64,000 nt of DNA from Candidatus Poribacteria bacterium (GTDB lineage Bacteria; Poribacteria; WGA-4E; PCPOR2b). Shown piece by piece: positions 9,953 through 19,830 of the stretch. The position numbers and the translations under genes are program-made. Each line of letters opens with the position of its first letter. Position 1 is the stretch's first letter. Below the pieces are notes generated by a model. The model worked only from the letters and a program-made list of their open reading frames with translations, was not told the origin of the DNA and searched no databases. The stretch lies in the NCBI GenBank assembly GCA_965218095.1, contig OZ244587.1, positions 1,920,001 to 1,984,000 of the forward strand. Reading direction: 5' to 3'.

Positions 9953-10849
9953 ATGAACATTCTTGTGACTGGAGGCACCGGGCTCATTGGTTCCGCATTG
10001 GCGTCTGCTCTCGGCACCGGCGAACACCGCGTAACCCGTCTTGTCCGATCTGATCCGATTCCTAGCGAAGCCGAAGTCCGCTGGAATCCTGACGCCGGGG
10101 AAATTGATACCGGAAGCCTTGAAGGAGTAGACGCGGTAGTGCATCTCGCCGGGGAAAGCATTGCTGCTGGCAGATGGACGCCTGAGAGAAAAGCACGTAT
10201 CCGCGATAGTCGGGTAAAAGGCACCCAACTGCTTTGTGACGCCCTCGCAGCGCTCTCGCAGCCTCCCAAAATCTTGGCATGTGCGTCCGCTATCGGCTAC
10301 TATGGGAATCGCGGGTCGGAAACTCTTAACGAAGAGAGTGGGTCAGGAGATGGCTTTCTTGCTGAAGTCTGCCGCGAGTGGGAAGCCGCAATAGCACCGG
10401 CGGTTCAAAGTGGAATTCGCGTGGTAAATCTCCGGATCGGCGTTGTCCTCAGTGCAGCCGGTGGCGCACTCGCAAAAATGCTTCTGCCCTTCCGCATGGG
10501 TGTCGGCGGGCGGATCGGAAGTGGACGGCAATACATGAGTTGGGTCGCTTTAGATGACGTCGTGGGTGTCATTGAGTACGCGCTAATCACCAGCACGCTT
10601 CAAGGCCCAGTCAATGTGACCGCTCCCCGTCCCGTTACCAACAGCGAATTCACAAAGACCCTGGGGCGAGTTCTCCGACGCCCAACTCTGTTTCCTATGC
10701 CCGGCTTCGCTGCACGCCTTGCCTTCGGAGAGATGAGCGATGAATTGCTACTTGCCAGTACCCGTGTGGAGCCCGCCCGCCTCTTAGCGACAGGGTACGA
10801 ATTCCGCTACCCAACGCTCGAAGGGGCACTTCGGCATTTATTAACGTAA
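9953..10849 (+). CDS. TIGR01777 family NAD-dependent epimerase/oxidoreductase (YfcH-like)
   Basis: TGGTGLIG, HLAGESIA..RWT, SAIGYYG, DGFLAEVCREWE, GSGRQYMSW. Confidence 0.92.
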   Translation: MNILVTGGTGLIGSALASALGTGEHRVTRLVRSDPIPSEAEVRWNPDAGEIDTGSLEGVDAVVHLAGESIAAGRWTPERKARIRDSRVKGTQLLCDALAALSQPPKILACASAIGYYGNRGSETLNEESGSGDGFLAEVCREWEAAIAPAVQSGIRVVNLRIGVVLSAAGGALAKMLLPFRMGVGGRIGSGRQYMSWVALDDVVGVIEYALITSTLQGPVNVTAPRPVTNSEFTKTLGRVLRRPTLFPMPGFAARLAFGEMSDELLLASTRVEPARLLATGYEFRYPTLEGALRHLLT

Positions 10850-10873
10850 AACGTAATGCGTAAGGAGACCGCC

Positions 10874-12463
10874 ATGACCTCCAAATTTACAGGCTATGCA
10901 ACCGCACAAGCCACACAAGCCTTCGCGGATCGGATGCGAGCGCATCACCCTTCCTTCGAGGCGAGTGCGTATCGCCGGCTCACCGGCACAGACCTGATAA
11001 CATCCAAGATTGGCTACGGCACCTACCGCGTGCATGCCCAAAACGAGGTGCACGTTGAAACGCTCGAAGCCGCAATCGAGGCTGGTTGTAATCTGATTGA
11101 TACCTCCAGCAATTACACCGATGGCGGTAGCGAAACCTTGATCGGAAATGTCCTTAGGGATGTGATTTCTGCCGGCGAGGTTAAACGGGAAGAAATTATC
11201 GTTGTCTCCAAAGTCGGCTACATGCAGGGACAAAACCTCGACCAAGCACAACAACGAGAGGCAGCAGGTCATCCGTGGGGAGAGGTCGTCAAATATCAGG
11301 ATGGCTGCTGGCACTGCATCCACCCTGATTTTCTGGCAGACCAGTGGACTCGTAGCGCGGATCGACTGGGGCTGGAAACCATTGACGTTTACCTACTACA
11401 CAACCCGGAATACTTCCTTTCCGACGCCAAAAACCGAGCCCCTCAATCTAGTCGAGACGCAATTGGTGATACCTTCTATGACCGCGTCTACCGCGCCTTT
11501 GTGCAGATGGAACGGTTCGTGGTTGATGGAAAGATCCGCTACTACGGTATTTCGTCGAATACCTTCCCTTCCCCACAAACCGACTTCGAGCATGTCTCCC
11601 TCAATCGCGTTTATGAGGCGGCTGTCAAAGCGGCAGAGACTGTGTATAGTGCGCATGCAGCAAGTCACTTCAAGGTCATTCAGCTCCCATACAACCTGCT
11701 TGAACCCGAGGCATTGACTGAAGCGAATAACGAAATCGACGGAAAAAGCATCGCTGTCCTTGAGGCGGCGAAGTCGCTTGGACTTGGCGTTCTCGTGAAC
11801 CGCCCGCTCAACGCTTTCAAGAACAATCGGATGACCCGACTCGCACAATATCAGTATGACCCGGGCGCCGATTACCCAACGGTTGTTGCAATTGCAGAAG
11901 GGACGCTGACCCAGATCGAATCAACGCTCGAAAACACGCTGAAAAGTTGGGGGATTTTCGATTCGGTGCAAAATCAGGTGAATGTGAATCTCTTTTACAA
12001 CGTCGCTCAGCAACTCGGTGGATTTATGTCGCGTGTCCAAGACCGTGATCATTGGGAACAGATCTTACAGCAGCACCTGATTCCACAGATCAATGGCTAT
12101 CTGCGGCAGACCGGAATCGCCTGTCTGAATCAACACCAAGGGGAATGGGAAGGCTTGCTCGCTCAATATGTAGATGCACTGAACGCTTTGTTCGCAACCA
12201 TAACAGAAATCTTTAACCGTGTGGGTGCGGAAAAGGTTGAACCGATCTATCAGGCTTTGAACCCACACCTCTCCGACGACCAGGGTGCGTTAACGCTCTC
12301 TCAGGATGCGTTGAACTTCGTGACTTCATCGCCGGGGGTGTCCGCTGTCCTGAACGGGATGAAACGCGAAGAATATGTTGAGGACGCGATGAAGATTATG
12401 AAAGCGCCTGATTTCGCGCAGCCGCTTGCGCTGATCGAAAGCGTAGAGCGTTTTTTCGCTTGA
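10874..12463 (+). CDS. Aldo/keto reductase (long form)
   Basis: IGYGTYR, IDTSSNYTDGGSE, VSKVGY, YLLHNPEY, GISSN. Confidence 0.85.
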   Translation: MTSKFTGYATAQATQAFADRMRAHHPSFEASAYRRLTGTDLITSKIGYGTYRVHAQNEVHVETLEAAIEAGCNLIDTSSNYTDGGSETLIGNVLRDVISAGEVKREEIIVVSKVGYMQGQNLDQAQQREAAGHPWGEVVKYQDGCWHCIHPDFLADQWTRSADRLGLETIDVYLLHNPEYFLSDAKNRAPQSSRDAIGDTFYDRVYRAFVQMERFVVDGKIRYYGISSNTFPSPQTDFEHVSLNRVYEAAVKAAETVYSAHAASHFKVIQLPYNLLEPEALTEANNEIDGKSIAVLEAAKSLGLGVLVNRPLNAFKNNRMTRLAQYQYDPGADYPTVVAIAEGTLTQIESTLENTLKSWGIFDSVQNQVNVNLFYNVAQQLGGFMSRVQDRDHWEQILQQHLIPQINGYLRQTGIACLNQHQGEWEGLLAQYVDALNALFATITEIFNRVGAEKVEPIYQALNPHLSDDQGALTLSQDALNFVTSSPGVSAVLNGMKREEYVEDAMKIMKAPDFAQPLALIESVERFFA

Positions 12464-12628
12464 CTTCAAAACCGATCTCAGCGAAAGTGGAAGCGTCAAT
12501 TCTACCTGCGGGGATGTACAAATGAAGAAGCATAGTCCTGATGGTAAGGGCGCAAAAATAGAAGGTTGCGAAGCCATTGAATTACTTCGGCGAAAGTAAC
12601 TTTTTGTCATATTTCAAGGAGTTATCGT

Positions 12629-13582
12629 ATGGAGACAAACACAACATTATCCGTACCCCGCCGCCGCTTAGGGCGGACAGAGTTGAGCATCCCCGTCGTT
12701 CCCTTCGGGACGCAGGGGTTCGGTAACCACTTCGGTTTTGTTTCCAACGAGGATGCTGTCGCCCTCATGAAATACGCTGTCAGCATTGGCGTCAACCACT
12801 TCGACTGCGCACGTTGCTATGGGGATTCGATGCGTAAACTCGGCTTGGCGTTGAGGGAGATTCCACGCGAGGACGTGATTATCACCGGACGACTTTGCTG
12901 CCATTCCGGAGCGGAATGGGGTGGGTATGGCGAGGGAAGACCAGATTACTCTGCCGACCGCGTGATTGCGGATGTCGAAAATCAGTTAGAATTGCTCGGC
13001 ACAGACTATTTCGACGGCATGCTGATTCATGATCCGTCCGATATTGAGGCGACGCTTGGGAAGGGCGGGACGTTAGATGGCATCCTACAGTGTAAAGCCC
13101 GGGTTCTGGTTCACTTTGCCGGATACGGGATGCACCCGCACGAATTCCACGTCAAGACAATTGCCACCGGCGATGTCGATCTCCTCTTGTGTTTCAACAA
13201 TTATAACTTAGTTCGTCAGACCGCCGCGGATACTGTTCTACCCGCCGCCGCCGAAGCCGATGTCGGAATAATGAACGGTTGGTCAATTCTGCGTGGGTTG
13301 CTGACAGGGGTTAACATTGATGCGGAAGTGGAAAAAGGGCGATGGAAAAATCACGCCGACCCCGAACCTGTGAGAGCGAGATGGAAGTGGTGTCAGGAAG
13401 AGGGAGTCGATCTGCTCCAATTAGCCCTTCAGTTTTGCCTGCGGGACGAGCGGATCCATGGGAACAACATCGGTTCGTTGAACATCGAGCAGTTGGAAGC
13501 AAACGTGCGAGCGGCTAGCACGCCTCTCCCCGATGAGGTATGGGAGAAATACAAGGCGCGGTTCGGTGGTGGGATTGCCTGA
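12629..13582 (+). CDS. Aldo/keto reductase
   Basis: RRRLGRTEL, GVNHFDCARCYG, LLGTDYFD..LIHDP, QLALQFCL, QLEANV. Confidence 0.85.
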   Translation: METNTTLSVPRRRLGRTELSIPVVPFGTQGFGNHFGFVSNEDAVALMKYAVSIGVNHFDCARCYGDSMRKLGLALREIPREDVIITGRLCCHSGAEWGGYGEGRPDYSADRVIADVENQLELLGTDYFDGMLIHDPSDIEATLGKGGTLDGILQCKARVLVHFAGYGMHPHEFHVKTIATGDVDLLLCFNNYNLVRQTAADTVLPAAAEADVGIMNGWSILRGLLTGVNIDAEVEKGRWKNHADPEPVRARWKWCQEEGVDLLQLALQFCLRDERIHGNNIGSLNIEQLEANVRAASTPLPDEVWEKYKARFGGGIA

Positions 13583-13657
13583 TTCCCGTTTTTCATTACA
13601 CTTCAATCGAGTCATTGTCAAGCCAAACACAGTTGTTGGCATATATCAAAAACGCAC

Positions 13658-15925
13658 CTATTTGACGATTACCATCCGCTTTGTCCCAGTGAAATCATCC
13701 GTTTCCAACCGATAGAAATAGACGCCCGTCGCAACATGCTGTCCCAACGCATTGCGCCCATCCCAATACGCCGCACGATTTCGGGAAAGATAAATCCCTG
13801 CCGGCTGTCGCCCGAGCTTCAAAGTGCGTACCCGACGCCCCATGAGATCGTAGATGTGAATCCGTACCGACGAAGCGGCTGCAAGTTGATAGGGAATCCA
13901 TGTCTCTGGGTTGAATGGATTGGGATAATTTTGAAGCAGTGCATCTCTTTTGATGACTCCGAGTGGATTTAACTGCAACCCGCTCGGTTCGACAGCAACA
14001 GTAATGTCCTGGGGCAAATGCGGCAAAACGGTTTCGATTGGTAACAGATGGATGCGTCCATCATCGTGACCCACGGCAACGGTCTTTCCATCCGGACTAA
14101 AGATTACCTGCCAATACGGCTGAGGTAAATTCGTAACAAGTTTTCCTGTTTGTGTATCCCAGATCTGCACCCCAGGCGCTAAAGTATCCCTATCAGGGCC
14201 GCTAATACTTGTTGTGAACCATCTGCCATCCGGACTAAACTCAGCCGTTCGCACAACGCCCGTTGGAAGCTCGAGATCTATTTCTTCCGTCTCAATATTC
14301 CAAAATTTAATCTTGTATTCCGGCCGATCTGCATACCCCGCAATCCATCGGCTGTCGGGGCTGAATTCAATACCATTCCCGTAGTTGTGGCCAATTTTTC
14401 CAAGTCCGTTGACAATACGCTGTAGCGTGAAGCCCTGAGTTTCCCAGACCACAATTGCGCGAGCCCCCTCTGCCGCAAACCAATTGCCATCGGGACTGAA
14501 ACGGATTGAACCGCTTGAAAAGCCTGAACCGATATCTCTTTCGTGTAATCCTGCGATCTGCTCGCCGGTTTCGACATCCCACACCCGTATCAAGAATGAA
14601 AACGTCACAGCGGCAACCAGACGACTGTCGGGACTAAACGTGATGCCTCCTCGGTTCCATACCGCGCCGCGCAAAGCATGTTTGACAGTAGCGGTATCCA
14701 CATCCCAAACCGTGATACGCCGATCTCGATGCGTAATAGCGACATATTTACCATTGGGGCTCAGTGCTGCTGTATAACTTCCATTATCATACTGCATCTC
14801 AGCAATGATTTCCGTTGTGACGGTGTCCCAAACGCGGGCAACGCCCCCGAACGTGGCGAAGTGCTCACTGTCTGCGCTAAACCCAAGCATTTGTTGATAG
14901 CCGTAGCCCTCAAACCTGCCAATCAACTTTCCGGTGTCTATCTCCCAACGCCCAATGTTTGCGTAATGGTTCGCAAGGGCAACAACGGTTCGGCTGTCAC
15001 GGCTGAGGGTAAATAAGTCGGGCCAATATCGGTTTGTTTCCTCCCAACCTTTGAACTCCTCATCAGGTCTCGTCTTCGTGAGCCAAGATCGCATCCACTC
15101 TTGATTCGCCGTGTCCCAAACGGCGATGACGGCGTCGCCAAATCCAACAACCAGAGTTCTCCCATTGGGACCAAACGCAAGCGAATTAACCTCTACCTGT
15201 CCGCGGAGCCCCTCTACTTCTACATCATTTCCATCAATCATCTCAGTTCGATCGCATGTCTGTAGGGACCAGAATTCGATCTGTCCCTCCTCTGTCCCGA
15301 CCGCGAGTTGTATCCCATCAGAACGGAGTGCCAGCGTTGTCACGCGGGAATTCGTAAGAAATTTGCCCACGAGCTGTACTGTAGCAATATCCCAGATCTC
15401 CACATCAAACGCGCCAACGATTAATTGCCGCCCATCGTGAGAAAAGAGGAGAGAATACTTTCCTCGCCGAGCGGCTGCGTGGCGGAAGGTGAAAGCTTCC
15501 TGATGCTTCTCCCATAAGCGAACCACTCCCTGATTATTGATTGAAGCAATCTGTTTTCCGTCAGGGCTGTACGCCAAATCGCTGACACGATGCTCACCCC
15601 CAGTCAGCGTCCCGACTACCTGACCCGTGGTGCTGTCGAATCGATGCAATAGACGCCCATCCGCAACCATCACCTCCGCCCCGTTTGGGCTGAATTCAAG
15701 CGCGTCCACGTTCATCTCAATGGTGTGGACAAGCTGGGAGGTTTTCGCCTCGTACAGTTCAAGGATTGCCGATGTGCCAATCGCCAGCCGCCTGCCATCG
15801 GGCGAGAATTGGATTGCTCGGACTTTCCCTTTACCAATGAATCTCTCAGTTTGTCCATAGGCAACGATTGCTACTGAGAAGAGGGCTATCAACATAGACA
15901 GATAGCGTTGAAGCGTGTTTTTCAT
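13658..15925 (-). CDS. Secreted WD40-repeat beta-propeller protein with C-terminal FlgD-Ig/T9SS-like domain
   Basis: Signal peptide, many FSPDG/WD repeats, C-terminal LLQNYPNPFNPETWIPYQLA...WDGRN..G..VATGVYFY. Confidence 0.9.
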   Translation of the reverse strand: MKNTLQRYLSMLIALFSVAIVAYGQTERFIGKGKVRAIQFSPDGRRLAIGTSAILELYEAKTSQLVHTIEMNVDALEFSPNGAEVMVADGRLLHRFDSTTGQVVGTLTGGEHRVSDLAYSPDGKQIASINNQGVVRLWEKHQEAFTFRHAAARRGKYSLLFSHDGRQLIVGAFDVEIWDIATVQLVGKFLTNSRVTTLALRSDGIQLAVGTEEGQIEFWSLQTCDRTEMIDGNDVEVEGLRGQVEVNSLAFGPNGRTLVVGFGDAVIAVWDTANQEWMRSWLTKTRPDEEFKGWEETNRYWPDLFTLSRDSRTVVALANHYANIGRWEIDTGKLIGRFEGYGYQQMLGFSADSEHFATFGGVARVWDTVTTEIIAEMQYDNGSYTAALSPNGKYVAITHRDRRITVWDVDTATVKHALRGAVWNRGGITFSPDSRLVAAVTFSFLIRVWDVETGEQIAGLHERDIGSGFSSGSIRFSPDGNWFAAEGARAIVVWETQGFTLQRIVNGLGKIGHNYGNGIEFSPDSRWIAGYADRPEYKIKFWNIETEEIDLELPTGVVRTAEFSPDGRWFTTSISGPDRDTLAPGVQIWDTQTGKLVTNLPQPYWQVIFSPDGKTVAVGHDDGRIHLLPIETVLPHLPQDITVAVEPSGLQLNPLGVIKRDALLQNYPNPFNPETWIPYQLAAASSVRIHIYDLMGRRVRTLKLGRQPAGIYLSRNRAAYWDGRNALGQHVATGVYFYRLETDDFTGTKRMVIVK

Positions 15926-16088
15926 CCTTATGTTCCTTCCCAATTTGTGATGAATATCTTACGCTTAATACGTAGATCTGCTGCATTCGATCAAAATTTT
16001 TTCGGCCAGTCACGGGTGAATAGAGCACAGTCGTGAAAATCTGTGAATCAATGAACGTGTAAGTGCACTGAGTCAATCGACACAAAAT

Positions 16089-16129
16089 AAAAAAGCCGTC
16101 TCAGAAAAACCACTCCAAGACGGCTTTTC
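16089..16129. terminator. Bidirectional intrinsic terminator
   Basis: AAAAAGCCGTCT...AGACGGCTTTT hairpin flanked by A/T tracts. Confidence 0.65.
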
Positions 16130-16152
16130 TATTTCTGGAAAGGAATAACGCA

Positions 16153-16704
16153 CTATCTGATCGCGGATTTATCCGCGAGTACGTCCTTCACCTGACCTTG
16201 TCCTTGCAGTGCAATCAAGGCCTGCAACGTTTTCTTCAACTCTTTACGATAACTGTAGCTGAAAAGCACAAATTGGGCCTGTTGCTCGGCAGTCAAGATC
16301 TGATTAATCTCCCCCATGATCTTTTTTCTTTCGGCAATGAACCCATCCTCGACCTCGCGGTAGTGTGTTAAGGCAGCCTGTAACTCAGCCTGTTCTGCCT
16401 CAGAATCAATCGGGGTGGCTTGCAATTGCCTTAGCCGATTCATTCCCCGCCGGTGCTCTTGCCGATACTGCGTTTTTAACTTTTCCAGCTTGTTGAATTT
16501 AGTCAACAAAGGCACCTCCTGCTCCGACGTTGGCGAGACCGCATCAACCAACTTCCAAATTTTGAGGGCTTCAACCAATTCAGCCATCGCGCTTGGCGTT
16601 GCCCGTAGGGGAGGAGACGTGTCTGCTTTGATGAACGGAATCAAGAACACAAACGCGAGCACCACAGGAATTACCGTGAGCAACGGTAGATAACGACGTT
16701 TCAT
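16153..16704 (-). CDS. Periplasmic Spy/CpxP-like helical protein
   Basis: Signal peptide, coiled coil, 'ILTAEQQAQF' LTxxQ motif; third gene of an ECF operon. Confidence 0.65.
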   Translation of the reverse strand: MKRRYLPLLTVIPVVLAFVFLIPFIKADTSPPLRATPSAMAELVEALKIWKLVDAVSPTSEQEVPLLTKFNKLEKLKTQYRQEHRRGMNRLRQLQATPIDSEAEQAELQAALTHYREVEDGFIAERKKIMGEINQILTAEQQAQFVLFSYSYRKELKKTLQALIALQGQGQVKDVLADKSAIR

Positions 16705-16731
16705 AGATGGTATCCTCCTTTGGGAATTTCT

Positions 16732-17397
16732 TTAATCCAAAACGGTGAAAACAAATTGATCTTTTGTCGAAGGCACGAAATCGGTGAGGACTTCATCTCC
16801 AAAAGACTCGATGTTGATTTCGGAGTTAATGACGCGGAACAATTGGTTGACGAGGTCGGTGGACTCCACCGAATTTGGCAGGTCGATTTCATCGACAAGC
16901 GAACCCTCACCATCCCAAACCGAAGGAACATCTAGGCTTTGGAGTTCATGATTTAACTGTTCCTGCAACTGTTCTACAGGGATTTCAGCAATGAAACTTC
17001 GGGAGATTAGCACACCAAAAGTGGGAGTATCGATTGGGGCTTTGAGTTGGCGACTGTTGGAAAGTCCCCAAAGGCTTAAAAGGAGAGTCAGCACGCAAGC
17101 CACCCCTGCCATTTTCCATCCATGCGTCCTTACCCAAAGGGGAAGGCGATCTTTTTCAAATGCTTGACGCTGCGAAATTCTCATGCGGAGGTTGGGCCAA
17201 AACGCCTCCCATACTTCTGGAGAAGGATACTCAATCGGCAGATTGCTGGCAAGACGGATAGTTTTCTCAAAAGTTTCCAATCCCTTTTGGCAACGCAAAC
17301 AGTTGTCAATATGAAGCTCTAGTTGACGAACCCGCCCGAGAGACAGCGTTCCTTCAATATACTCCGGTAGCAATCGTTCGGCTGACTTACATTTCAT
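16732..17397 (-). CDS. Anti-sigma factor with zf-HC2 domain
   Basis: MKC...LLPEYIEGTL...HIDNCLRC, followed by one TM helix. Confidence 0.85.
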   Translation of the reverse strand: MKCKSAERLLPEYIEGTLSLGRVRQLELHIDNCLRCQKGLETFEKTIRLASNLPIEYPSPEVWEAFWPNLRMRISQRQAFEKDRLPLWVRTHGWKMAGVACVLTLLLSLWGLSNSRQLKAPIDTPTFGVLISRSFIAEIPVEQLQEQLNHELQSLDVPSVWDGEGSLVDEIDLPNSVESTDLVNQLFRVINSEINIESFGDEVLTDFVPSTKDQFVFTVLD

Positions 17398-17403
17398 GAT
17401 AAA

Positions 17404-17976
17404 TCAATCTTCCAGGTAAGGTGTAAGCAGGTCACGTAGTTTTCGCGTTGCGTTAAACAAATGGGCTTTGACGCTTCCAACGCGCAAATGGAGAACATCG
17501 GTAATTTCGCGAAGGGCTAATCCTTCATAGTGTCTCAAAATAAACACCTGCTTCTGACGAGGAGACAACTGTTGAATCGCTTTCTCGATTTCCCTTCCAA
17601 GTTCGATTTGTTCCAGGCAGTGCATTGTAACATCCTTGGAATCTCCTGGATGGAACAGGAAATCGTCAAACGGGAGTTCTTCGGTAAAAGCAATATCGGT
17701 ACGACCTGCCCGACGCCGCGTATAATCAATGCAGGCATTTTTAGCAATCCGATAAAGCCATGTGTAAAATGTGGATTTGTTTTCAAACTGCTTCAGTGCT
17801 TTGAAAGCTCTGAGGAAAATCTCCTGAGACAGATCATACGCATCTTCCGGGTTGTGAGTAAAGTTATAGGCAAGCTCATAAATTCGCTTTTGGTACTTCT
17901 GAACTAACTCACCAAAAGCCTGAGTATCCCCACTTTGTGCGCTCTCAACACAGTATCGATCTGGATCGGCTTTCAT
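17404..17976 (-). CDS. ECF RNA polymerase sigma-70 factor
   Basis: GDTQAFGELV, DAYDLSQEIF, FYTWLYRIAKN, region 4 HTH. Confidence 0.95.
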   Translation of the reverse strand: MKADPDRYCVESAQSGDTQAFGELVQKYQKRIYELAYNFTHNPEDAYDLSQEIFLRAFKALKQFENKSTFYTWLYRIAKNACIDYTRRRAGRTDIAFTEELPFDDFLFHPGDSKDVTMHCLEQIELGREIEKAIQQLSPRQKQVFILRHYEGLALREITDVLHLRVGSVKAHLFNATRKLRDLLTPYLED

Positions 17977-18105
17977 GGGTTTTTCCCGTTGTAGACGCGG
18001 TAAGGAGTGAAAAGTTTAGGTAGGCAAAGAGAAGAAATGAAAAAATTAATACGCCCTTGGTACCCGGGTTATAAGTTGAAGCAAGACATGGCAGAAATAA
18101 GTGGA

Positions 18106-18182
18106 TGGAGCCGGTGAGAGGATTTGAACCTCCGACCTGTTGATTACGAATCAACCGCTCTGACCAACTGAGCTACACCGGC
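18106..18182 (-). tRNA. tRNA-Thr(CGT)
   Basis: Cloverleaf with anticodon loop TT-CGT-AA, TTCAAAT T-loop and encoded CCA. Confidence 0.95.
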
Positions 18183-18234
18183 TTATAAGGAAAAACAGCC
18201 CCACCATGAGATGATGGGGCCATAAGCATAAGAA

Positions 18235-18307
18235 TGCCGAGGGGCAGAATTGAACTGCCGACACATGGATTTTCAGTCCACTGCTCTACCGACTGAGCTA
18301 CCTCGGC
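18235..18307 (-). tRNA. tRNA-Phe(GAA)
   Basis: GCCGAGG acceptor stem, anticodon loop CT-GAA-AA; CCA not encoded. Confidence 0.95.
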
Positions 18308-18372
18308 ATGATTGAAAGCGGGTAGAATAATACCAAATCAATGAAACAAATGTCAAATGTTTTTTATACGGG

Positions 18373-18500
18373 ATTAGGGCTATTTAACTCTCCAATCGGC
18401 CTACAGATAATCATGATTGAGATCCTTCGCAAAGCCTCAGGATGACTGAATCTGTCTAATAGAACGAAGTGAAGAATCTCAATAATTAAATGACCCTAAT
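18373..18500. repeat. MITE/REP-like palindromic element
   Basis: Inverted ends ATTAGGG.ATTTAA/TTAAAT.ACCCTAAT. The core GAGATCCTTCGCAAAGCCTCAGGATGAC is shared (inverted) with 31103-31129. Confidence 0.55.
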
Positions 18501-18577
18501 ACGAGGCGCGATATTGATTGGCCTTGCAGAAACACAGTCCAAACCACATCCATCTCGGAAGGCGATAACGTGCTTTA

Positions 18578-18865
18578 TCAGTAAGGAACGTTGGGAAATG
18601 GAACAACCTTGTACACTGTCTCACCAGGCTTAATGTAGCCAAGTCGCCGTGCAAGTTGCTCCTTTGTAAATTCGTTTGTTTTCAGTTTTTCCACCCGAAT
18701 TTTCAGTAGATCTCGCTCACGTTCAAGTTTTGCTAATTCTTCCAAAGAATGTTGTTTGATTCGGCGGGCTTCCTGCCAATTCTGAAGCCCTTCGACAAAT
18801 CGATACAAACCGATCAGTAACATGAAAAGGGCAAGAATAGATAGCCAGGATTGGATAACTCGCAT
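18578..18865 (-). CDS. ftsB: Septum formation initiator FtsB/DivIC
   Basis: TM + coiled coil + 'EQLARRLGYIKPGETVY'. Confidence 0.8.
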   Translation of the reverse strand: MRVIQSWLSILALFMLLIGLYRFVEGLQNWQEARRIKQHSLEELAKLERERDLLKIRVEKLKTNEFTKEQLARRLGYIKPGETVYKVVPFPNVPY

Positions 18866-19009
18866 GGTATGATCTCCTTATAAAACAGATAGGCGTAAAC
18901 ATCAAATACCTGAACTTGTCCGGTTATTATTATCACGCTTCAATCACTTCAAACGTTTCAGGGATTGACGAGAGATTGCGGAATGCAAATTCATGCTGCG
19001 ATGCCCTTC

Positions 19010-19528
19010 TTAATTCCCCGGCGATCCATACTTCTTCCTTAACATCTTCACAACGACCGGCGGAACCATCTTCAACAACTTTTCATCACTGACTTTTGCC
19101 CCTCCCATCTGCACGATTTCCACGACAAGTGTGGAGCTCAAATGTGCATACCTAGCATTTGCCATCATAAACAGCGTATCCACCTGTGGGGCAACTTGGC
19201 GATTCATGCGTGCCATCTGAAATTCGTACTCAAAATCGGAAAATTCTCGCAGCCCACGAATGATCGCGGTGGCGCCACACTCTTGTGCATACTGCGCAGT
19301 GAGTCCAGAATACTGATCAATCGTGACATGCGGATAAGACTGGATGACGGTTTTCAGCATTTCAATCCGTTCCTCCAATGTGAAACGGGGCGGCTTGGCA
19401 GGGTTGATACCGATGGCAATGACCAACTCATCGAAAATGCAGAGCTCAGAAACCCGATCTATGACATCCACATGACCGTTTGTAATGGGATCAAAACTAG
19501 CAGGAAAAATGGCAATTTTCTTCGGCAA
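19010..19528 (-). CDS. coaD: Phosphopantetheine adenylyltransferase
   Basis: FPASFDPITNGHVD, IIRGLR..SDFEYE, LSSTLV. Confidence 0.95.
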   Translation of the reverse strand: MPKKIAIFPASFDPITNGHVDVIDRVSELCIFDELVIAIGINPAKPPRFTLEERIEMLKTVIQSYPHVTIDQYSGLTAQYAQECGATAIIRGLREFSDFEYEFQMARMNRQVAPQVDTLFMMANARYAHLSSTLVVEIVQMGGAKVSDEKLLKMVPPVVVKMLRKKYGSPGN

Positions 19529-19830
19529 AGATCTGATTCCTTTCTAAAACTGGAGTATGCAATCGGCGCCCTACGTCAACCCCTCAAAACATCGAAATCT
19601 TAACACACCTGTATTGTGTCCGTCAACCTCAAAATTTCTCGAGTTTTCAGTTCATTTACCAGGGGAAGTACGCTAAAATGGGAAACTCCATCACTGTTCA
19701 GATTATGGCATACGGAAGGAAATCATGTATACCATCACGCTAACCAACACACTAAACTTTGGTGCGACGTCAAATAGTATCATTCCTTATCAGCAAGTTG
19801 CGCCTGGTGTTGTGGCGATGAGAATTTTCC

